From the NCBI GenBank assembly GCA_963817435.1, contig CAWFNY010000001.1, positions 503,831-567,830 on the forward strand: DNA of 64,000 nt, given 5' to 3'. Below are positions 1 through 9,146 of the stretch, piece by piece. The notes beneath the pieces are model-generated. The model saw only the letters and a program-made list of their open reading frames with translations. It did not search any database and was not told the origin of the DNA. The stretch's first letter is position 1. Each line of letters opens with the position of its first letter. Source of the stretch: an uncultured Gemmatimonadales bacterium (GTDB lineage: Bacteria > Gemmatimonadota > Gemmatimonadetes > Gemmatimonadales > GWC2-71-9). A program made the position numbers and the translations under genes.

Positions 1-2
1 AG

Positions 3-845
3 GTGCAGCATCAGGTGGAGCCTCCCCGCCCGCCCAGCCGTCCGGTCACCGACCTGTACGACATCCTTCCCGCCGATCACCGGCTCTCCTACGACATGCA
101 CGCCCTGCTGGCCTGCCTGCTCGATGACGGCCGGCTCGACGAATTCCAGCCCGACTTCGCGAAGGAAATGCTCTGCGGTCATGCCCGGATTGAAGGGCAG
201 CCGGTGGCGATTCTCGCAAACGCCCGCACCGTCATCAAGGGCAAGGCCGGACAGATGCCGCGGATCGGCGGCATCATCTACACCGAGAGCGCCGAGAAGG
301 CCGCGTACTTCATCGAGACTGCCAGCCGGGAACGGATCCCGCTGCTCTTCCTGCAGGATGTCAGCGGATTCATGGTGGGTACCGAGGCAGAGCAGTCGGG
401 CATCATCCGCGCGGGGGCGCGCTTCGTGGAGGCGATGTCGACCGCGGTGGTGCCGAAGATCGTGCTCACCCTCAATCACGCCTCCGGCGCGGGCTACTAT
501 GCCATGGCGGGGCAGGGGTTCGACCCTGACTTCATCCTGAGCTGGCCCACCGGCCGGATGGCCGTCATGGAGGGAGAGTCGGCGGTGGAAGCGGTGCACG
601 GTGTCGAGCTGGCGAAGGCGCGCGCGGAAAAGCGTCCGCCCGCGCCTGAGGTGCAGGCCGCCGCCGCCGCGATGCGCGCCGACTACGAGCATCAGCTCGA
701 TGCCAAGTACGCCGCCGCGCGCGGGCACGTCGATGCCCTGGTCACGGTCGAGGAAACCCGGGACCAGCTGGCGTTCCTGCTCCGGGTGACCAGCAATTTT
801 GCCGGCCCGCACATCGGGCCCTTCGTGCTTCCCCCAATCGGGTGA
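3..845 (+). CDS. acyl-CoA carboxylase carboxyltransferase (beta) subunit, C-terminal part; 5' end outside window
   Basis: ORF is open to the window edge. Motifs IGGIIYTESAEKAAYFIETASRERIPLLFLQDVSGFMVG and VPKIVLTLNHASGAGYYAM are typical of methylcrotonyl-/geranyl-/propionyl-CoA carboxylase beta chains. Confidence 0.8.
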   Translation: MQHQVEPPRPPSRPVTDLYDILPADHRLSYDMHALLACLLDDGRLDEFQPDFAKEMLCGHARIEGQPVAILANARTVIKGKAGQMPRIGGIIYTESAEKAAYFIETASRERIPLLFLQDVSGFMVGTEAEQSGIIRAGARFVEAMSTAVVPKIVLTLNHASGAGYYAMAGQGFDPDFILSWPTGRMAVMEGESAVEAVHGVELAKARAEKRPPAPEVQAAAAAMRADYEHQLDAKYAAARGHVDALVTVEETRDQLAFLLRVTSNFAGPHIGPFVLPPIG

Positions 846-858
846 ACGGACCCCCCGC

Positions 859-3684
859 ATGATGCCGCTCGGGCCCTTCAGGGTCTCGTACCGTGCCGTG
901 CTCTCGGCCGCAGGTCTGCTCCTGGGCTGCGGACGGACGCCGCCGGCCGTCGTCCCCGATGCGGTGCCTGCCGACCGCGCTGCCGCCCCCGGAGTTCAGG
1001 ACCTCGGTGCCGAGCCCAAGCCGGTGATTCCCCCGAAGGAGGCGTTCGCGCGCGGCTGGATGCCCCTCCGCGCCACCGGCGTCGAGGATTTTCTCCGGGC
1101 CCACCCGACGTATGACGGTCGTGGGGTGCTGATCGGCATCCTGGACAGCGGCATCGATCCCTCGATTCCGGGCCTCGCCACCACCACCACAGGCGAGCGG
1201 AAGATTCTCGATCTGCGGGATTTCTCCGGGGAAGGAGTGGTGCCGCTGGATCCGGTCATTCCGGTGGGTGACCAGGTCACGATCGGTGGCAAGGTGCTGC
1301 AGGGCATCTCACGCGTGCGCGCGCTGGCGGCTGGCGGCGCACTCTACGGCGGGACCATCGCGGAAATTCCGCTCGGTGAGATGCCCGCGGCCGACCTGAA
1401 CGGCGACCGTGACGACGCCGACACCCTCCCGGTGCTCGTCGCTCGCGCGAGCGATGGCTGGGTGCTCTTCGCCGACACCGATGGCGACGGCTCGCTCGCC
1501 AACGAGGCGCCCGTGCACGACTACCTGGCCTCGAAGGAGACATTCGCCTGGCACACCGGTTCGCGGGCGCCCAACCTCGCGCTCGCAGTCAATCTGCGGG
1601 AAGAAAAGGGGCAGCCGCGGCTCGATCTCTACTTCGACACCAGCGCGCACGGCTCGCACGTCGCCGGGATCGCGGCTGGGCATGATATCTACGGCGTCAC
1701 CGGTTTCAACGGTGTCGCTCCCGGCGCCTGGATCCTCGGTCTCAAGATCGCGAACAATGCGCAGGGCGGGATCTCGACCAGCGGCAGCATGGTCGCGGCC
1801 ATCGCCTACGCCATCCGCTTCGCGCAGGATCGCCGGCTGCCACTGGTGCTCAACATGAGCTTCGGCGTCGGCAACGAGGGCGAAGGCATGGCCAGGATCG
1901 ACCGGATCATCGACTCGGTCCTGGCGGCGCATCCGGACGTGATCATGGCCATCAGCGCCGGCAACGACGGCCCAGGGCTCTCCACCATGGGCTACCCCGG
2001 CTCGGCCAGCCGGGCCCTCACCGTCGGGGCGACGTTTCCTGACGTTTTCATCGGTGCGAGCGGACAGGGCGGAGATCCGATCGCCTACTTCTCCTCGCGG
2101 GGCGGGGAGCTGGCCAAGCCGGACATCGTCACCCCGGGCCTCGCGTTCTCGACAGTGCCTCACTGGAACGTCGGCGATGAACGGAAGGCCGGCACCAGCA
2201 TGGCCTCGCCGCATGCCGCCGGTCTCGCGGCGCTCCTGGCGAGCGGACTCGTCCAGGAGAAGCGGCCGGTGGACGCGCGGCAGGTCCGTCAGGCGCTGAT
2301 GGTCACGGCCCGCCCGATGGCCGCGGGCACCTATCTGGATGACGGTACCGGACAGCCGGAGGTCGGCGCGGCGTGGCGCTGGCTCGCCGGCGCCCACGCG
2401 CTGCCTGACATCGCGGTGCGTGCGGTTGGCAATGGCGTGACCGCTGCGTTTCGGCATCGGCTGGTCGGAGTTCGCGGCGATACGGTGCAGGCCTTCCAGT
2501 TCGTGCTTCCCGACGGCAGCCCCGAGACCGCGGTCACGCTGCGCTCTTCGGCCGCCTGGCTGCGCGCCCCTCGTGAGACAAGGCTCCAGGCCGGCACCAA
2601 CACGGTCACCGTGAGTTATGCCGCCGATTCGATCGCCATGCCCGGCCTCCACTCGGCGGTCGTCACCGGCTGGACCGCCGACACCCTCGCCGGGCCGGTC
2701 TTCCGCCTGGTGAACACGGTTGCGGTCGCCGACACCGGTGAGACCGTCGTCGCCGACCTCGGGCGCCTGCCCGCAGGCAACGAGGGGCGGGTCTACTTCC
2801 AAGCCACGGCTGCTCGCCCCTTCGCGGTCGCATTTGCCACCCACCAGGCCGGCGAGCAGGTGGTGGCCTACCTCCATGAGCCGGGTGGCCAGCCATACCG
2901 GGAAGAGAACGGCATCGGGGCGGGGTATGGCGAAGAGACGGGGCTCTACGTCGTGGACGGGCGGGATGTCGTTCCCGGGTTCTATGAGGCCGTGGCGGTG
3001 GCGCCCCCGCTCGACGGTGCTTCCGCCGCAATCATCGTCCAGCACAGCCCCGTGACCATCGGTGCCGTACGCCAGGCGCGGGATGTTGCCGTGACGCTTG
3101 GCAATGTGACAGCCGATCCCGTCACCAGCGTGCCGTTCGTCGTGCTGGTCGGTGCTGAGCGGAGCGTGACGATCGCCGCCGCCGGCGGGGTCGCCCGCCA
3201 TGTGCGGTTCACCCTGCCTGAGTGGGCGGTGCATGCCGCCGTGGACGTGAGCATGGACCGCGCGCAGTGGCCCATCTTCACCGACTTCGGCGTGACGATG
3301 CTCGACGGCGAGGGTCGCCAGCTGGGCAAATCACCGCTCAACTACGCCTTCGGGCGGCTCCATGTGGACCTGCCGAAGCGCGGTGCCGGGCCCGTCGATG
3401 TGGAACTCTTCCCCGGACTCGCCGATACCGCTGCGGCAGAGCGCTGGTCGGTGACCGTGTCCGTCCGCCTCTACACCGATTCGGCCCGCGTCTCGCGGCT
3501 CGTCGGAAGCCGGGTCACCGTGGCGCCACGGAGTTCCTCCACCATCCATATTCCGATGGAGCCGCCGGCCTTGCCGATAGGTGAGGGGTTCGTGCCCCTC
3601 GGAATCGTCGTCGTGCCGGAGCAGGATCGCACCTGGACCCGAGAGGTGCCGCTCCCGGCACCTGCCACCGCGAGTACTCAATGA
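859..3684 (+). CDS. S8 subtilisin-like serine peptidase, large (tripeptidyl-peptidase-like) lipoprotein
   Basis: Asp/His/Ser triad motifs GILDSGID, HGSHVAGIAAG and GTSMASPHAAG. N-terminal lipobox LLLGC. Start chosen at the ATG-ATG pair at 859. The stop overlaps the next gene's ATG (ATGA). Confidence 0.85.
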   Translation: MMPLGPFRVSYRAVLSAAGLLLGCGRTPPAVVPDAVPADRAAAPGVQDLGAEPKPVIPPKEAFARGWMPLRATGVEDFLRAHPTYDGRGVLIGILDSGIDPSIPGLATTTTGERKILDLRDFSGEGVVPLDPVIPVGDQVTIGGKVLQGISRVRALAAGGALYGGTIAEIPLGEMPAADLNGDRDDADTLPVLVARASDGWVLFADTDGDGSLANEAPVHDYLASKETFAWHTGSRAPNLALAVNLREEKGQPRLDLYFDTSAHGSHVAGIAAGHDIYGVTGFNGVAPGAWILGLKIANNAQGGISTSGSMVAAIAYAIRFAQDRRLPLVLNMSFGVGNEGEGMARIDRIIDSVLAAHPDVIMAISAGNDGPGLSTMGYPGSASRALTVGATFPDVFIGASGQGGDPIAYFSSRGGELAKPDIVTPGLAFSTVPHWNVGDERKAGTSMASPHAAGLAALLASGLVQEKRPVDARQVRQALMVTARPMAAGTYLDDGTGQPEVGAAWRWLAGAHALPDIAVRAVGNGVTAAFRHRLVGVRGDTVQAFQFVLPDGSPETAVTLRSSAAWLRAPRETRLQAGTNTVTVSYAADSIAMPGLHSAVVTGWTADTLAGPVFRLVNTVAVADTGETVVADLGRLPAGNEGRVYFQATAARPFAVAFATHQAGEQVVAYLHEPGGQPYREENGIGAGYGEETGLYVVDGRDVVPGFYEAVAVAPPLDGASAAIIVQHSPVTIGAVRQARDVAVTLGNVTADPVTSVPFVVLVGAERSVTIAAAGGVARHVRFTLPEWAVHAAVDVSMDRAQWPIFTDFGVTMLDGEGRQLGKSPLNYAFGRLHVDLPKRGAGPVDVELFPGLADTAAAERWSVTVSVRLYTDSARVSRLVGSRVTVAPRSSSTIHIPMEPPALPIGEGFVPLGIVVVPEQDRTWTREVPLPAPATASTQ

Positions 3685-5057
3685 CCGCCAAGACCGTCCG
3701 CGTCGCCGCCGGCCAGGGATTCTGGGGCGACTGGCTCGAAGCCCCGGTGCGCCAGGTGAAGGGTGGCCCCATCGACTATCTCATGATGGATTACCTCGCC
3801 GAGGTGACCATGTCCATCATGCAGAAGCAGAAGTCGCGGGACCCGCGCTACGGCTATGCGCGCGACTTCGTGCCGCTCATGGAGCGCATCCTGCCTGACA
3901 TCGCCGCGAAGGGCATCAAGGTGACCAGCAACGCCGGCGGCGTGAATCCCCGCGCCTGTGCCGAGGCGGTCCGCGAGGTCGCCAGGAAGCTGGGCCTGTC
4001 GGACAGGGTGAAGATCGCCCTGGTGAGCGGCGACGACATCCTGCCGAGACTCGACGAGCTGCTGGCCAAGGGGCATGCGCTGCGCGACCTCGACACCGGC
4101 CGCCCGCTCACCGACGTGCGGGACAAGGTCCTCTCCGCGAACGCCTATCTCGGCATGGCGCCGATGGTCGAGGCGCTGCGGCGGGGCGCCCAGGTGGTCA
4201 TCACCGGCCGGGTGACCGACACCGGGCTCACGCTCGGTCCCCTCTTCCACGAGTTTGGCTGGGATGTGAACGACTGGGACAAGGTCGCGGCGGGCACCGT
4301 GGCGGGACACATCATCGAGTGCGGCGCCCAGTCGAGCGGTGGCAACCTGCTCAAGGGATGGCGCAAGGTGAAGGGCCTCGAGAACCCGGGCTTCCCGATC
4401 GCCGAGGCAAGCGCCGACGGAAGCTTCGTCGTGACCAAGCACCCGAACACCGGCGGCGTCGTGAACGTGGCAAGCGTCACGGAGCAGCTGGTCTACGAGA
4501 TGGGAGATCCGCACACCTACATCACCCCGGATGGCGTCGCCGACTTCACCTCGATCCAGCTCAAGCAGGCCGGCAAGGACCGCGTCAGGGTGAGCGGCAT
4601 CCGCGGCCGCGAGAAGACCGACAAGCTCAAGGTGTCGATCGCCTATTTCTACGGCTACAAGGCGGTCGGCACCCTGGTGTACAGCTGGCCCGAGGCGTAC
4701 GACAAGGCGAAGGCGGCCGATCGGATCCTCCGGGCCCGCCTCAAGGATCTCGGCCTCCAGTTCGAGCAGATCCTGACGGAGTTCGTGGGCGTTGATTCCA
4801 CCCATGGGCCGCTGGCGGGTCCGGCGGATCCGGAGGCGCCGGAGGTGCAGCTTCGCATCGGAGTTCGCTCCAGGGACAAGGCGGCCGTCGAGCGCTTCAC
4901 GCGCGAGATCGCACCGCTGGTGCTGACCGGACCGCCGAGCGTGACCGGATTCGCCGGTGGGCGTCCCGAGGTGCAGGAAGTCGTGGCCTACTGGCCGGCG
5001 CTGATCGACCGGACAGAGATCGAGCCGTTCGTGCAGGTGGAGGTTCTCGATGCCTGA
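3681..5057 (+). CDS. AtuA-like (DUF1446) acyclic terpene utilisation family protein
   Basis: N-terminus VRVAAGQGFWGDW and overall length resemble AtuA/DUF1446 proteins. Translationally coupled to both flanking genes. Confidence 0.7.
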   Translation: MTAKTVRVAAGQGFWGDWLEAPVRQVKGGPIDYLMMDYLAEVTMSIMQKQKSRDPRYGYARDFVPLMERILPDIAAKGIKVTSNAGGVNPRACAEAVREVARKLGLSDRVKIALVSGDDILPRLDELLAKGHALRDLDTGRPLTDVRDKVLSANAYLGMAPMVEALRRGAQVVITGRVTDTGLTLGPLFHEFGWDVNDWDKVAAGTVAGHIIECGAQSSGGNLLKGWRKVKGLENPGFPIAEASADGSFVVTKHPNTGGVVNVASVTEQLVYEMGDPHTYITPDGVADFTSIQLKQAGKDRVRVSGIRGREKTDKLKVSIAYFYGYKAVGTLVYSWPEAYDKAKAADRILRARLKDLGLQFEQILTEFVGVDSTHGPLAGPADPEAPEVQLRIGVRSRDKAAVERFTREIAPLVLTGPPSVTGFAGGRPEVQEVVAYWPALIDRTEIEPFVQVEVLDA

Positions 5058-5436
5058 GACACGCAAATCCCGCCGCGTCGTGGCGGCGAAGCGCCCGGTT
5101 CAGCTCCGGTACCTCGCCCACGCGCGTTCGGGGGACAAGGGCGACACCGCGAATGTCGGGCTCGTGGCGCTGGAGCCGGAGTACTACCCGCTCCTCGTCA
5201 AGGAAGTCACGCTCGCACGGGTCAAACGCCACTTCAGGGGAATGGTCAAAGGCGTCGAGCGATTCGAGCTCCCCAACCTGAAGGCGCTGAACTTCCTGCT
5301 GCACGGCGCCCTCGACGGCGGCGGCACCATCTCGCTCAAGACCGATGCGCAGGGAAAGGTCTATTCCACCGCCCTGCTGCGGATGGAGATTCCCGTGCCG
5401 GTCGCCCTCGCCCGGCGGGTCGCGCCGAAGACCTGA
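5050..5436 (+). CDS. small AtuA-associated protein (AtuA C-terminal-domain-like)
   Basis: 128-aa ORF overlapping the AtuA-like stop. The YLAHARSGDKGDTANVG motif resembles the C-terminal module of long AtuA proteins. Confidence 0.5.
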   Translation: MPETRKSRRVVAAKRPVQLRYLAHARSGDKGDTANVGLVALEPEYYPLLVKEVTLARVKRHFRGMVKGVERFELPNLKALNFLLHGALDGGGTISLKTDAQGKVYSTALLRMEIPVPVALARRVAPKT

Positions 5437-5437
5437 G

Positions 5438-6190
5438 ATGACTCTCCTCACCGCGCTCGACGGGGGTGTGCTCACGCTCACCCTGAACCGCCCCGAGAAG
5501 CGCAACGCCCTCGACGCGGCGCTGATCGACGCGCTGCATGCGGCGCTCGATCGCGCCGATCTCGATGCCGAGGTGCGGGTGGTCGTACTGCGCGGCGCGG
5601 GCAAGGATTTCTGCGCCGGGGCCGACCTCGAGGAGCTCCTCGATTCCGCGCTGCGCACGATGGAAGACAACGAGCGCTCGGCGCTCCGCCTGGGGCGGCT
5701 CTTCCTCCGGATCCGCGAGCTGCCCAAGCCGGTGGTCGCCGTGGTGCAGGGGCGTGCCCTCGCCGGCGGCGCCGGGCTCGCCACCGGATGCGATCTGGTG
5801 CTCGCCAGCGAGCGCGCCCAGTTCGGCTATCCCGAGATCCAGCGAGGCTTTGTCCCCGCGATGGTGATGACGATGCTCCGCCGCCTGGTCGGGGAACGCC
5901 GGGCATTCGATCTCGTCGCGACCGGCCGGGTGCTCGCCGCAGCCGAAGCCCTGGAGCTGGGGCTGGTCTCCCGCGTCCTCCCGGAGGCGGGCTTCGAGTC
6001 AGCCTCAGGTGCAGTGATCGCCGGGCTTGCCAGGAGCAGCGCCTCGGCGCTCGCCCTGACCAAGCGGCTGCTGTACGAGCTCGATGGCCAGACCTTCAGC
6101 GACGGCATCGCGCTCGGGGCACGAGTGAACGCGCTCGCCCGCGCCCATCCCGATTTCCGGACTGCCATCTCCGCCTTCCTGAAAAAGTGA
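5438..6190 (+). CDS. enoyl-CoA hydratase/isomerase family protein
   Basis: LTLNRPEKRNALD, FCAGADLEE and VVAVVQGRALAGGAGLA are crotonase-fold signatures. ATG lies 2 nt after the upstream stop. Confidence 0.85.
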   Translation: MTLLTALDGGVLTLTLNRPEKRNALDAALIDALHAALDRADLDAEVRVVVLRGAGKDFCAGADLEELLDSALRTMEDNERSALRLGRLFLRIRELPKPVVAVVQGRALAGGAGLATGCDLVLASERAQFGYPEIQRGFVPAMVMTMLRRLVGERRAFDLVATGRVLAAAEALELGLVSRVLPEAGFESASGAVIAGLARSSASALALTKRLLYELDGQTFSDGIALGARVNALARAHPDFRTAISAFLKK

Positions 6191-6336
6191 GACGGCTCAA
6201 ACTCTTCTTGGCCATCCTCGGCTTTCTCCTCGCGGCGGCCGGCATCGGCCTCGACCGCCAGCCGCTCGTGTGGGCTGCGATGGCGGTCCTGGCGGCGGCC
6301 CTCGCGCTGCGCCTCTGGCTCCGCCGAACGCCCTGA
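6187..6336 (+). CDS. possible small two-helix membrane protein (49 aa)
   Basis: GTG overlaps the hydratase stop (GTGA). The translation has two hydrophobic segments (LFLAILGFLLAAAGIGL, VWAAMAVLAAALALRLWL). No homology recognised. Confidence 0.3.
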   Translation: MRRLKLFLAILGFLLAAAGIGLDRQPLVWAAMAVLAAALALRLWLRRTP

Positions 6337-6436
6337 ACTGCGCCGGGCTGCGCGGTGCGGCTCGCGCGATGTTTCCCGCGCCTTCTCCCGTCGTTCCGTA
6401 CCACGCCATTCGTGAGACTCCCGGTACCTTCGCCGG

Positions 6437-7828
6437 GTGACCCCACTCGCTGATCGCATCGCCGAGGCCCGTCGCCTCCTCCACGGCCACTACGGCTTTC
6501 AGGACTTCCGCCCCCTGCAGCGGCGAGTCGTCCAGTCGGTGCTCGCCGGCCGCGACGTGCTCGCGGTGCTGCCGACGGGGGGCGGCAAGTCCATCTGCTT
6601 CCAGGTCCCTGGGCTCGTGCTTGGCGGCCTGACTGTCGTCATCTCCCCGCTGCTGGCGCTGATGCAGGATCAGGTTGCCGCGTTGCAGCACCGCGGCATT
6701 GCGGCCGACACGCTCAACTCGCTCAAGTCACCGGCGGATCAGGAGGCGACGCTCGCTCGCGTGGCCGACGGCTCGATGCGTCTGCTCTACGTTTCTCCCG
6801 AGCGGGCGCCGCGGCTGGCCCTGGACCTTGCCCGCCTCAGACAGCGCGCTTCGCTCCTCGCCATCGATGAGGCTCACTGCATCAGCGAGTGGGGGCATGA
6901 CTTCCGGCCCGGGTACAGGCAGCTCGCGATCTTCCGCGAGGAGTTGCATCGCCCCCCCACGGTCGCGCTGACAGGCAGCGCCACGCCGGAGGTCCGCACC
7001 GACATCGCCCGTTCGCTCAGCTACACGAAGCACGATCTCCACCTCGGTTCGTTCGATCGGCCCAATCTGCGCTTCGAAGTGCAGCGGATTCGGGGTAGTG
7101 CCGAGCGATTGCCTCGGCTGCGCGCGATGCTGGCGCCGCGGCCGGGACTCGCCATCGTCTACGTCCCGACGCGCAACAGCGCCGATGCGGTGGCACAGGC
7201 GCTCTGGTTTGCCGGACACCGGTCCGCGTCCTACCATGCCGGACTCACGCGGGAGCGCCGTGCGGAGGTGCTGGCGCGCTTCACCGCGGAAGAGCTCGAT
7301 GTCGTCGTGGCGACTTCCGCATTCGGGATGGGGATCGACGCGCCGCGGGTGCGGCTGGTGGTGCACTGGGGAATGCCCCCCACGCCTGAGGCGTACTATC
7401 AGGAGGCCGGTCGCGCCGGGCGCGACGGGCAACCGGGGCGGTGTGTGCTCTTCCATCATGTCGCGGACGCCGAAATCCATCGCCGCCAGCTCGAGGTGAC
7501 CTTTCCTGCCCGGAAGGTGCTCGAGGAGCTGTGGGCCGATCCAAGCCGGCGGGCGCGGCACGCTGCAGGAGTGGTCGCCTCTGCCGACCGCCTCGCGGCC
7601 GAGCTCTGCCCTGAGCGGGGAGCGGTGGATTGGGATCGCGTGACGCGGCGTCGCGCGGCGGCCGCGGAACGGCTGCAGGTGGTCGAGCGCTACGCCGCGA
7701 TGGCGCGCTGCCGGCGACAGGCGCTGCTCGCCTACTTCGGTGAAGAGGCCCGGCCCTGCGGCAACTGCGACGTCTGCTCGGGGGCGCAGGCTCCGCTGCG
7801 GCGCATCGTTGCCGCGTTCCGCCGGTAG
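6437..7828 (+). CDS. recQ: RecQ-family ATP-dependent DNA helicase (short form, no HRDC)
   Basis: FRPLQRRVVQSVLAGRDVLAVLPTGGGKSICFQ (Walker A), DEAH box as AIDEAHCISEWGHDFRP, and a C-terminal CGNCDVC zinc motif. Confidence 0.85.
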   Translation: MTPLADRIAEARRLLHGHYGFQDFRPLQRRVVQSVLAGRDVLAVLPTGGGKSICFQVPGLVLGGLTVVISPLLALMQDQVAALQHRGIAADTLNSLKSPADQEATLARVADGSMRLLYVSPERAPRLALDLARLRQRASLLAIDEAHCISEWGHDFRPGYRQLAIFREELHRPPTVALTGSATPEVRTDIARSLSYTKHDLHLGSFDRPNLRFEVQRIRGSAERLPRLRAMLAPRPGLAIVYVPTRNSADAVAQALWFAGHRSASYHAGLTRERRAEVLARFTAEELDVVVATSAFGMGIDAPRVRLVVHWGMPPTPEAYYQEAGRAGRDGQPGRCVLFHHVADAEIHRRQLEVTFPARKVLEELWADPSRRARHAAGVVASADRLAAELCPERGAVDWDRVTRRRAAAAERLQVVERYAAMARCRRQALLAYFGEEARPCGNCDVCSGAQAPLRRIVAAFRR

Positions 7829-7852
7829 CCGGTCTCTGGCGCGCCGGCTGCC

Positions 7853-9034
7853 CTAATTCACCAGCGCGATCCGGTACACCCGGCCCGAGGCCATCACGGC
7901 GTAGACCTCTCCGTCTGCGTCTTCGCCGAATGAGACGATGTTGTCATTGGTGAGCGGCGGGGAGAGCGGAGTGTACGCAGGCACCGGTGTGCCGGCGACG
8001 ATGCGGACGCTGCGGATGAAGCCAGTGCAGTAGTCGCCGTAGAGATAGGTGCCCCGGAGGTCCGGATACTTCTTGCCACGATAGACGTAGCCTCCGCTGA
8101 CGGCGCAGGACGGGCCATGCGGATACTCGATGACGGGAGCCACCAGGCCCGCGGTGACGCATCCGACGGCTGGTGAGAAGCAGTGGTTTCCTTCGACAAA
8201 CGGCCAGCCGAAGTTGTTCCCGCCCACGACCGGGTTCGGCAGGTAGTCGATCTCCTCCCAGAGATCTTCCCCCACATCGCCGATCCACAGCTCGCCGGTC
8301 GTCCGGTCGAAGCTCCAGCGCCACGGATTGCGGAGCCCGAGCTGCCAGATCTCTCCCCGCCAGCCCGGCCGGCCCACGTAGGGGTTGTCGGCCGGAATCG
8401 TGTAAGGTGCCGCCCCGTCCACATCGAGGCGCAGGATCTTGCCGAGCAGCGAGGCGCTGTCCTGCGCCGTGAATAGCACCGAGTCGGTCGGGCTGCCGTC
8501 GCCCAGGCCGAGGTACAGTTTTCCGTCAGGACCGAAGGTGATCAGTCCGCCATACAGCACGCTCTCCGAATCCTGGGTCTGGCTCAGGATCGTGGTGCGG
8601 CTCGAGGGGATGGCGTGATCGAAGCTCGCATCGGCCTGGAACTCCGCCAGCTGGCTGTCGCCGTTGAGGTCGGCGTAATAGACGAACAGACGCCGGTTGG
8701 TCGCGTAATTGGGGTGGAAGGCGATGCTGTAGACGCCATACTCGCCGGTGGAGGGATTCGTGAGGCTGGTGAGATTGAGGAAGGCCGAGTCCTGGCGCAC
8801 CCCATTCTTGCGCAGGAGAATCCGGCCGCCCCGCTCCACGATCATCAGCCGTGACGGATCGCCTGGCGGGCTCGCCACGAAGACCGAGAAATCGAACCCG
8901 CTATCGACCGGTACCAGCGCCAGCGCACTGATCGGGGAGAGAGGCGCGGTCGAATCGCCGCAGGCGGCAAGGAGGACGGCGATACCGGCGAGACCAAGTC
9001 GTCGAGCCGCCGGACTCCCGAACAGGTCTGTCAT
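7853..9034 (-). CDS. PQQ-dependent sugar (glucose/sorbosone) dehydrogenase-like beta-propeller lipoprotein
   Basis: GLRNPWRWSFD, NFGWPFVEGNHCF and YGDY motifs. Lipobox LLAAC at the N-terminus. Confidence 0.7.
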   Translation of the reverse strand: MTDLFGSPAARRLGLAGIAVLLAACGDSTAPLSPISALALVPVDSGFDFSVFVASPPGDPSRLMIVERGGRILLRKNGVRQDSAFLNLTSLTNPSTGEYGVYSIAFHPNYATNRRLFVYYADLNGDSQLAEFQADASFDHAIPSSRTTILSQTQDSESVLYGGLITFGPDGKLYLGLGDGSPTDSVLFTAQDSASLLGKILRLDVDGAAPYTIPADNPYVGRPGWRGEIWQLGLRNPWRWSFDRTTGELWIGDVGEDLWEEIDYLPNPVVGGNNFGWPFVEGNHCFSPAVGCVTAGLVAPVIEYPHGPSCAVSGGYVYRGKKYPDLRGTYLYGDYCTGFIRSVRIVAGTPVPAYTPLSPPLTNDNIVSFGEDADGEVYAVMASGRVYRIALVN

Positions 9035-9146
9035 GGCGAATGTCCCGGGTGCGCTGAAAGGTGCATAAAGATAAACGGGGTGACGGCCGAAACCGGCCGG
9101 TTATATTCTCGGCCACGCTTCACAACCCCTCGATCGAGCCTTGACC

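Noticed and set aside
1309-3234. Very long antisense or alternative-frame ORFs, for example 1309-3234(-), 3678-5066(-), 16228-18108(+), 20742-22337(+), 28738-30822(-), 36851-37996(-) and 59930-61462(-).
   Set aside because: They overlap well-supported genes on the other strand or frame. Their translations are Arg/Pro/Gly/Ala-rich with no recognisable motifs. Long stop-free frames are expected in ~70% GC DNA.
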